A DNA stretch of 64,000 bases from the human T2T-CHM13v2.0 reference genome, Homo sapiens. Positions 51,951 to 64,000 of this stretch are shown in pieces (positions within the stretch are counted from its first letter, which is position 1; every line of letters starts with the position of its first letter). The notes beneath the pieces were generated by a model, which was given only the letters and a program-made list of their open reading frames with translations, had not been told where the DNA came from and ran no database searches. Position numbers and translations under genes: made by a program. The stretch is taken from the NCBI RefSeq assembly GCF_009914755.1, contig NC_060936.1; one strand, written 5' to 3'.

Positions 51951-53398
51951 AGCAAGGATATTAGAGTCATTCTGGAGTTTTCTGGAGGTGAGACGGATGA
52001 GAACTAGGCTTGTTCTGTGCTCCTCGTACAGAGCTGCTTCTGTCCCTCTCCGTTTGTTAGAATTGATGAATTTTTCCTCCTCTGAACCTCACCATTCCCT
52101 ATACTTATGTCTATTAGAGTGCTAATTATATTTGATATTTGTTTCTTTATACATCTGTCTTCTCTCTCCCTGCCCATTAGACATAGATTTTCTGGAGGAG
52201 GGGCCGTATCATTCATCTTCTTTTTCTCAGCATCTGTTACACAGCTTCATTACAGTAGGACTCATTGAATGTGTGTGAGATGAATGGATAGATGGGTGGG
52301 TGGATAAGTTAAGAGGTTGGATCAAAGTTTGTGTGTGTGTGTGCATGTGTGTGCACACATGAAGCAGGTGATTTGGCTATGAAAGCAAGAGAGGCAGGTG
52401 GGGTAGGCTTAGCGCTTATGAACAACAGTACATATTTATAATCATCACTTTGACAAACAGGAAAGGGACTGCTTGGGAAGGGGCACCAACAGGGTTCTAT
52501 TGAGATCGGAGTTTCTTAGTTCATAAACATGGAGGAATTTTATGGAATTGTAACATTTTAGGATTTTGGAGCTAGAGGGAGCTGTAGGGTTAATCTAGTG
52601 CCACCTCCTGTTGAACACAGGGCACTAGTGTATGTGGGCTGCCTTCCTAGCTAGATTAAAAGCATTTTGAGAGTATAGCAATTATCCAGTAAACATTTAT
52701 TAATTGACAGTGTTAATACAATCTTTACATGAGGAGGGAATAGAGAAAATTAGGTTTATCATTCTAGTTAGAAAGACTGAAAAATAGTTCAAAAACCTAT
52801 GTATCAGGCAGCAGGAGAATAGCAAAGACAGGTAAATTCAGATGTGTTCTGAGGACCTCCTTAACAGCATTGTGAAATTTTATTTACCCAGTCTTAAATG
52901 TGCATCTAACCTTATCCCCTCCCCAAACTGCAGGAGGTTTTCTCCTACCTGCTTTTTGGCGTTTTTGCTGTGAATTTTTACTTTCAGTGGATTATATGCT
53001 ATTGAACAATGATGAAACATCATTTTTCTTGTACTGGCACGAACAAGTACTTGTTTGTAATGGACTCTGTATAGAAATATATTTTGACACTGTGTGTTGG
53101 AAAATAATTGTTGCTAATGAATGCATGTCCTATCCCACGCCTAGCCCATTACAGCTCTTTTTTGGTTCTGTCCAGTATTGCCTCCCCGACATCATTTGCA
53201 GAAAGGGATATGCCAGGACATGGTCATTAAGGAAGCATTAAAGCTTGCCATTTGGCCTGTGATCTTTCCCAAAAAGCTTTGGTCATGTATGAATGTTGCT
53301 GTCCCTGGGCACCTTGTTTTGTTTTTGGCATATCTGGGCCCTCGAGCTCTGGGTGGAGACGAAAAGGGTCGCCCACATTTTGCTGCTGTTACCCGAGA

Positions 53399-53416
53399 TG
53401 GCCAGCAGAGGGCAGG
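53399..53416 (+). promoter_or_regulatory. Candidate CTCF site
   Basis: TGGCCAGCAGAGGGCAGG closely matches the CTCF consensus. Confidence 0.6.
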
Positions 53417-53489
53417 CTGGCTCCTTTCCCTGATCCAGTACCTGGGACGACTCTTCCTGCCCTGTTTGTCTCTGATCCCCACCAATTTT

Positions 53490-55664
<2,175 letters not shown>

Positions 55665-55927
55665 CTAGAATCAGTTATGTAATGAAAAAACTAGTGGGAA
55701 AGGGGCACAAAATTCATTTTTTTCCTCTAAACCACTTGAGGTTTTTGGGGCAGATCTCTTTTAGCCCACATTGGTGGCCTTCCCTGAGCATTTTCTGCCC
55801 TAATTCTCCTAAAATCACCCACAAAAGGTATACGGGGCTCAACCCTCAACCCTGTGATGTGGGGAGGTTTGTAGTCGTCAGGTGTTGGATGATGATTCTA
55901 AGTAGAACCGTTAAAGAGGCTTCTTTT

Positions 55928-56219
<292 letters not shown>

Positions 56220-56539
56220 TTAAAACAAAATAAAAAAGAGACTTCTTGTGTTTGAGGTCCCACATTAAGGTCTGCAGTGCACCACACTCCTATAAAAAGA
56301 CACAGGCTTTATGGCGCTAAACAGTCTTTATGTATCCATGTTAATAGATTGTTGTTGTTGTTTCTAGAAAAGTGTGATAATAATAATCATCCCTTTTAGA
56401 GGAAGAGCTAAATTTGTGAACAGTATTGGGCTGTGGGTTCTGGAGTCCTGAATCCTGTTTTTGATGCTACTGGGTTTTTCTGCACATCATCCTGTTTTTC
56501 TTTGTTGACTTACTGGTGACTCCTCTTCAGTGTGTCTCA

Positions 56540-56890
<351 letters not shown>

Positions 56891-57480
56891 TTAGTTGCCA
56901 TAGTAAGGAGGATTAATCCTATATCAGAAAACATAACAGCTTTCCTGGGGGGAATGAGCAATTCTCTCTGCCATCCCAGTCTGACCACTAAAAAAAATTA
57001 GTTGCAATTTATTTCTGTATTAAGAGTGAATGTTGAACAATGAGCAGAAGGTGTGTCTGCTGTTGTCATTGTTCATTCAACCCCACCAATGGGAAGACCA
57101 GTGGAATGTAAAATTGCTTCAGCTGTATGTACTGTTCAATTTCAGCATCTATTGACATCTGTGTCTTCTCCATGGAAGGCTGGGGCTAGGCTTTCTTCAA
57201 CTTTCCCATTAAGTTAATTCTCCTTGCACTTGAATTTCAATCTGTATTTTACTTGAAACCATATCCAAAGTGTGTGTCAGTGCTTTGAATATAGTTAGGA
57301 AATGAGAGCCTCAGAGTGATTAAATGAAGTGACTGAGTTTTCCTGGAAAATGAACCTAATCCTTCTCTCAGTTCATACAATAATGAAATTTGAGATCCTT
57401 CGGGGATCATCTAGTCCAATTTGCTCATTTTACAGATGAGGAGATTGAAGGCTCAGAGAGTTGAATAAGATGCATACAGC

Positions 57481-58570
57481 CAGCTCACATCCATTAGGAG
57501 CTCTGTTATTGTTTAAAAAAATCAGAAAATGACAAATGTTGGCAAGAATGTGGAAAAACATTGAAACCCTTGTGCACGGTTGATGAGAATGTAAAATGGG
57601 GGAGCTGCTATGGAAAACAGTATGGTGGTTCCTCAAAAAATAAAAATAGAATTGCCATGTGATCCAGCAAATCTATTTCTGGGTGTATACTGAAAAGAAT
57701 TGGGAGCAGGGTCTCAAAGAGATATTTGCACATCCACGTTCATAGCAGCATGAGTCACAATAGCCAAAAGGTGGAAGCAGTCCAAGTGTGCATCAGCGGA
57801 TGAATGGATAAACAAAATGTGTTACAGCATCTACATACAGTGGAACACTATTCAGCTTTAGAAAGGAAGGAGACTGACACATGCTGTGACATGGATTAAC
57901 CTTGAGAACACTATGCTGAGTGACATAAGCCAGTCACAAAAGGACAAATACTGTATGATTCCACTTATAAGAGGTACCTGCAGTAGTCAGATTCATAGAG
58001 ACAGAAAGTTTAATGGTGGTTTCCAGGGGCTGGGGAGAGAGAGAGTGAGCTGGTTTGGCTGTGTCCCCACCCAAAGCTCATCTTGAATTGTGGTTCCCAG
58101 AATCCCCACATGTGGAGGGAAGGACCCAGTGGGAGGTGACTGGGATCATGGGGGTGGTTCCTCCCATGCTGTTCTTATGATAGTGAGTTCTCACAAGATC
58201 CGATGGCTTTACAAGGGTTTTTCCCCTTTTGCTTGGCGCTTCTTCCTGCCATCATGTGAAGAAGGACGTGTTTGCTTCCCCTTCCACCATGATTATAAGT
58301 TTCCTGAGGCCTCCACAGCCATGCTGAACTCTGAATCATTTATAAATTACCCAATCTCGGGCAGTTCTTTATAGCAGCGTGAGAATGGACTAATACAGAG
58401 AGGAATGGAGAGTTGTTGTTTAATGTGTATAAAGTTTCACTTTTGCAAGATGAAAAGAGTTCTGGAGATTGGGTATACAACAGTGTGAGTAGTGCCTAAC
58501 ACTACTGAAGTGTACACACAAAAGGGGTAAGATGGTAAACTTTGTATATATTTTACAACAGTGAAAAAAA
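57481..58570 (+). mobile_element. L1MB 3' fragment inserted in a MIR and split by THE1D
   Basis: atggaaaacagtatggtggttcctcaaaa...cagtcacaaaaggacaaatactg. Resumes after 58402. Confidence 0.8.
58046..58397 (+). mobile_element. THE1D (MaLR) solo LTR
   Basis: TG...GGTTTGGCTGTGTCCCCACCCAAA...GAATGGACTAATACA with 5-bp TSD GAGAG. Confidence 0.88.
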
Positions 58571-58754
58571 GATGCTCTCAAGTCACATGGGTAGTTGGTG
58601 CTGTATTTGCTCTCAACTCCCTGTCCTGTGGTTTTCCTAATATGCCATTCGTGGCATTCTTTCTACCAAACTAATCGTGGATCAAAAGCTAAAGCATCCT
58701 TTCCCAAACTGGTTTTTTTACCAGTTTAAAAAATTTTACCAATTAAAAAATTTA

Positions 58755-58924
58755 ATTTTTTAAATTTTTTAGAGACAGGGTCTTTCTCTGTTGCCTATGC
58801 TGGAATGCAGTGGCATAATCATAGCTCACTGTAACCTTGAACTCCTGGGCTCAAGGAAGGCATCTTCCTGCCTCAGCCTCCTGAGTAGCTGGGACTACAG
58901 GCCCATGCCACCCTGCCTAATTTA

Positions 58925-58955
<31 letters not shown>

Positions 58956-59075
58956 GTAGAGCTGGGGTCTTCCTATGTCTTCCAGGCTAGTCTTAAACTG
59001 CTGGCCTCAAGTGATCCCCTCACCTCAGTCCTGGAAAGTGCTATGATTTAACAGCATGAGCCACTATGCCCAGCC
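58755..59075 (-). mobile_element. AluJ
   Basis: Alu consensus with expanded linker. Confidence 0.85.
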
Positions 59076-59589
59076 AGAAAAATAAATTTCATTGTTTGAA
59101 CTTGGCTGCTGTTTGACTCTCCACCTTCCTCTCTCCTTCAGATGGCTCCTTCCCACTCTGTGCTCCAAGCAGAATGAGTTACATGCAGTACTTACAATTT
59201 ATCACATTCTCTCTTGCCACATGCTATTTCCTCCGCCTGGTACTCTTTTCTGCACCACGTTTATGTAGTACTTCTATTTTTAGGATTCAGCTGAAGCACC
59301 ATCCCTTTTGAAAGTTCTTTTGACCACATAGTCTGATTTAGGTGCTTACTACTTCCAGGGTCGTCCTGGCCACGTGGCATTGCAATACTCTATTTCCTGG
59401 TTTGCATCTCCCACTGGACTGTGCCGTGCCTGTCTCAATGCTCTGTGTCTAGCACATTGCTTGCACAGGGGAGGTGCTCAAAAATGTTTGCCATAAGATG
59501 AACTATACCTTGGAAGATACTGCCATAAGAGAGACATACTGAAAATTGCCAACTGATTTGTATCTCTCTGGCTTTTCTAAGGGTATCTC

Positions 59590-60030
59590 TTATTTTTATT
59601 GTGGTAAAATATATATAACAGAAATTTTACTATCTTAACCATTTTAAGTGTACAATTCAGTGACATTAGGTACAGTCACGCTGTGCATTCATCACCACCA
59701 GAACTCTTTTCATCTTGCAAAATTGAAACTCTGTGCCTATTAAACAGTAATTCCCCATTCCCTCCCTCCCCAGCCCCTGGCAACCCCCATTCAGTATTTG
59801 TCCTCTTGTGATGGGTTTGTTTCACTTAATATAATGTCATCAAGGTTCATCCATGCTGTAGCATGGATTATATAATATAGTAATATATCCATGCTACAAC
59901 ATGGATATTTAAGGCTGAATAATATCCCATTGTATGTATTACCACATTTTGTTCTTCCATTCATCCATCCATTCATCCATCTTTGGGCACTTGGGTTGCA
60001 TCCACCTGTTTGGCTGCTATGAACATGGTA
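59590..60030 (-). mobile_element. L1MB 3' fragment
   Basis: ttgtggtaaaatatatataaca...aagtgtacaattcagtg...cccagcccctggcaacc. Confidence 0.75.
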
Positions 60031-60114
60031 TAGCTCTGTGTTTTAAAACATGGCAAGTCTGTCTTTGTGCTATCCATTCAATACCACACAAAACTATACT
60101 TCTAATAACTGGAA

Positions 60115-60612
60115 TTCTTTTTGTGGATTTTATTTAAATAGTTTTTGGGGAACAGGTGGTTTTGGTTACATGGATAAGTTCTTTAGTGGTGATTTTTGAG
60201 ATTTTGATGTACCGGTCACTGAAACAGTGTACACTGTACCCAATGTGTAGTCTTTTATCCTTTGCCCCCCTCCCATTCTTCCCCCCAAGTCCCCAAAGTC
60301 CATTATATCATTCTTTTGCCTTTGTGTCCTCATAGCTTAGCTCCCACTTATAAGGGAGAACATATGATATTTGGTTGTCCATTACTGAGTTACTTCACTT
60401 AGAATAATGGTCTCCAGCTCCATCCAGGTTGCTGCAAATGCCATTATTTCATTCCTTTTATGGCTGAGTAATATTCCATGGTAGAATGTTACTTTTGTTT
60501 ATCTACTTGTTGGTTGATGGGCATTTAGGTTGGTTCCATATTTTCGCAATTGCAAATTGTGCTGCTATAAACATGCATGTGCAAGTGTCCTTTTCAAATA
60601 ATGACTTCTTTT
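60115..60612 (-). mobile_element. L1PB 3' fragment
   Basis: tttttggggaacaggtggttttggttacatggataagttctttagtggtg...catagcttagctcccact. Confidence 0.8.
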
Positions 60613-61118
60613 TATTAACACCCTGTAGTTAATAACCTGAATTCTTTATAGCTTGCATTCTGAAACATTTTTCTCGAACTATCCGCCTTCTGGCCTGTTC
60701 CAGTCATTCTGGCTTTCATCTTGATTTGTTTTTCTTAAAACTTTCTCCAGCTTCCCTCTGCATCTGTGATTCGTGCTCTGCTTCTTGTTTGTGGCTTTGG
60801 ATCAATAATGCTACAGATCCAGTCTAATTAATCATGGATCAAAAGCTAAAGCATCCTTCCCCCAGATGGTTTATTATTAATACCACCCAGAAAAATAATT
60901 TATAATTTAATTCTCTACCTCATAGAGTTTGGGATCCTTGGTAGAATGTGTTCCCTTCCCCTTTTCTTCTTCACTATTTCCTCCTCTTCCTCTCCATCAA
61001 AAGTGGCTTTATCTCCACCTTTGCAGCTGACAGCAACCCTCCCATGCTCCGTTGATGAAGCCCTCCTTTCTTAACCCCTCGTCCATATGGCTCTCCCTCC
61101 ACCCTGCTCCATCTCCTG

Positions 61119-61165
61119 TGATCTCAAGGCCTCGGAGAAATGATCTCAAGGCCTCGGAGAAATGA
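61119..61165. repeat. Perfect 22-bp tandem duplication (TGATCTCAAGGCCTCGGAGAAA x2)
   Basis: Identical units at 61119-61140 and 61141-61162. Confidence 0.95.
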
Positions 61166-61362
61166 AAAGTGACCTTTGGTATTTGAGACAACCAATAGCA
61201 AAATATAGCTCCCACTTCCAACAGCCCATATTGGTGGGGGAGGGATTTGCTTCATACGTGGTCTGTGTTGGGCCATTCTCCTTCTCCATGTTTTCTCTGT
61301 TCTTACAGCACCATCTTTTTGCCTCATTTCTTTGCTCTACTCTATTCCTCCCCCATCATCGT

Positions 61363-61650
61363 CTGGTGACTCACACTGTAATCCTAGCACTTTCGGAGGA
61401 TCACCTAAAGTCAGGAGTTTGAGGCCAGCCTGGCCAACATGGCAAAACCCCGTCTCTACTAAAAATACAAAAATTAGCTGGGCGTGGTAATGGGCGCCTG
61501 TAATCCCAGCTACTCAGGAGGTTGGGGTGGGAGAATCACGTGAACCTGGGACCGGGAGGCTGCAGTGAGCCAAGATGGTGCCACTGCACTCCAGCCTGGG
61601 CAACAGAGCGAGACTCCGTCTCAAAAAACAAAACAAAACCAAAAAAAAAA
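61363..61650 (+). mobile_element. AluS
   Basis: Alu consensus with A-rich tail. Confidence 0.85.
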
Positions 61651-64000
61651 CCCCGAAGTACTACTGACCTAGTGCTATGTAACACAGTTTACAGAAGGCT
61701 TTAGTGTAACATGGAGAGAAGCTGTAGCATGAAAGAAAATAGGCAATGGCTAACTACTGAATCAAATCCTAGACAATATTGTTCTTAAATGACCTTTGAC
61801 TTTCTTCTCCTGGGAATTCCTCCTGATAATCTTTTCCTCTAGGCTCTACTAATCTGTTCTGTTGCTCAACCATCCTTACTGTTAGGAAGCCAGAAGCCCC
61901 AGAGCCTAGAAGGTAAACTCACATCACTGGCCTAATCCAATTTTTCCCTCATGGAGGAGTCAGCCGTAGATAAATTTGCTGCCTACTAGCTTCACTCTGT
62001 GCCATTCTGACTCACCTGGATGGCATCAGGCAGGATAGAGGAGGCATTCTAAACATTTCTCTTTGAACAAAGTTCATTTGGAATCAAGTTGTATACCAAA
62101 TTTTGTAATGCAAGTCTTAGACATATGGCAAGGGAACATCTGAAATGTTGACTCACTCTATCAAAATGTCAACATCAGTAAGTAGTTAATGAGATTTTTA
62201 TGAGATTTAATGAGTAAGTGTAATATAGTGCAAGATTTTTAAAGCATTTTAAAAAAGTCTTTGGACAATTTTGTTCGAATCATCTCAAAAGTTATCTTAA
62301 CACAGATAGTGATTATGACAGCTGCTCCCTGCATGGGAGGGAACACAACAATGGCACAAAAATTATTCAAGGCTGATTATACTGAGTCTGCATCATTGAA
62401 CATTTTCTCTCTATGGAGAGGGTCTTCAGTTTGTTGCTTTTTCAGCTAACTAATCAGCTTCCTGTTCCTTTCTCACATTTGGCAAATTAATTTTCAGGAC
62501 AAATCATGTCTGCAGTTTCTAAGGAAACTACAGGGGCTCAGATTTCTCCCGGATGAGTTACAGGGTGGGTTGATGCAGAAAGGAGTGCTCTGTGAGGTGC
62601 TCACCAAGCCCCATCCCACTGTGTACCCTAATTGACTCCTGTATGTCCAGCCATGGCATCGTATAAGATAGAGCCAGTATTTGTAGCCCTTACCTGAGAA
62701 CTTCACTTGTTCTGTTATCATGAGATTTTTTTGTTAACTGGCAGTGCTAGGCTGACCTTGTTATTGCTGCTTCTTTGATATTTCTACCAGTACCTTGTTT
62801 GTACTAGTAGTTAAATAATGGAAGAAGAGTTTTTGGAAATGATGGACATTTTGTTCAGTTGGTAACTTAAATGGGGGCTGTGAACAAGTCTACTTTCAGA
62901 ACTTCCAAAATGTTTTGATCCTGCTAAGATACAAAATACCTGATTATATTTTATTGACTTAGTAGATAGAGTATGGCTTTCAAGTGAGACAGACCTGGGT
63001 TCAAATCTCAACTTCACCACTTAGTAATTGCATGACCTTGGAAAAGTTATTTAACCTTCTGGTCAGTTTGTTCATTCATTTGTTCATTCTTTTTTCTTTC
63101 CTTCCAGAATAAAATAATTAGAAAAGTGCAAGGAAAAATATAATAATTTCCAATATTCTAACTACCCAGAATTATCTACTTATATTTATATGACTATATT
63201 TTCCTTTAGTTGTTTTTTTCCTATGCCTAGGAAAAAATTACCCTATTGATATATGCATACACTCCCCTTTTACTTCTTGTTTCTTGGGTAATAATATATA
63301 CTTTGTTGGGCTAAACAAGATAAAATAATTAAAGCATCCTGCCCAGTGTCTGATCCACAGTAAACAATTGGTATATGGCAGTAGTTGTTATTATTGTTAA
63401 TCCTCCTCCTATATTTGCGCATCTCTGTTAGCAAATATAGTCCTGGCAAATCAACAAACTTATAAAAATAATTGTTTTTGGACAAACTATTTCTCTTCCC
63501 ACGATATATTTGTAAGCCACAACTGGAAGAATTGGTGTTAATACGTGTAGGAATGTAGAATACATTGTAAAACCTATTTATATTGCAAATAATGAAAATG
63601 TATTCAAGACCAGACCTTTTTCATAAATGATGGACTGCACTTGGTAAACTTTAAAAAAAATGGTTGAACCAAATTTTAGAAAATTGCATGCATTATTTAA
63701 AAAGTTATGATGTTGGAGAAATAGAACAATTGAGAAGAAAATTACTCACTTAAACTTTGCTGTGAAAGATTGATTTTTTTTTTTTTGCTTGCAGTGATCT
63801 TGCAAAACCAGTGGCTACGGAGTAATTAATGCTGGGGCTTTATTAATTTATGAAGAGCAGAAAAGGGTTGGCTTGTCTGCATCGTAGCTCATTCTTCTCA
63901 AGTAACATGTTAAAAAAAATCAAGATGCTGAAAAATTGGAGCAATTTGTCAATTTAAACAAACGTTCTTTTTATGGGCTTCCTGGAGTGATCTTGCATTA

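Noticed and set aside
58642-58657. ATGCCA-TTCG-TGGCAT hairpin
   Set aside because: A 6-bp stem without the C-G closing pair is expected by chance in 64 kb.

Overview
Human (primate) genomic DNA, recognisable as the GNS / TBC1D30 head-to-head locus (chr12q14). The minus strand carries coding exons 1-2 of the lysosomal sulfatase GNS, whose CpG-island promoter has CLEAR (TFEB/TFE3) E-boxes and a GC-box-bearing 20-bp VNTR. The plus strand carries the first two coding exons of the long TBC1D30 (RabGAP) isoform, starting in a second CpG island about 21 kb away. The rest is intronic or intergenic and repeat-dense: about 45 Alus, L1s of several ages, L2/MIR, MER41A and THE1D solo LTRs, a decayed ERVL pol split by a hAT (MER45-type) DNA transposon, and a U13 snoRNA retrocopy. 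I found no CRISPR array, operon-like system or intact autonomous element. The best leads are a FEZ1/UNC-76-like coiled coil encoded by TBC1D30 exon 2, an in-frame 96-nt cassette exon in GNS intron 1, the GNS promoter VNTR with possible divergent transcription, two strong CTCF motifs, and several reconstructable transposition events. Repeat subfamily names and protein comparisons come from recalled consensus sequences, not from searches. Repeat boundaries are approximate unless TSDs are quoted.
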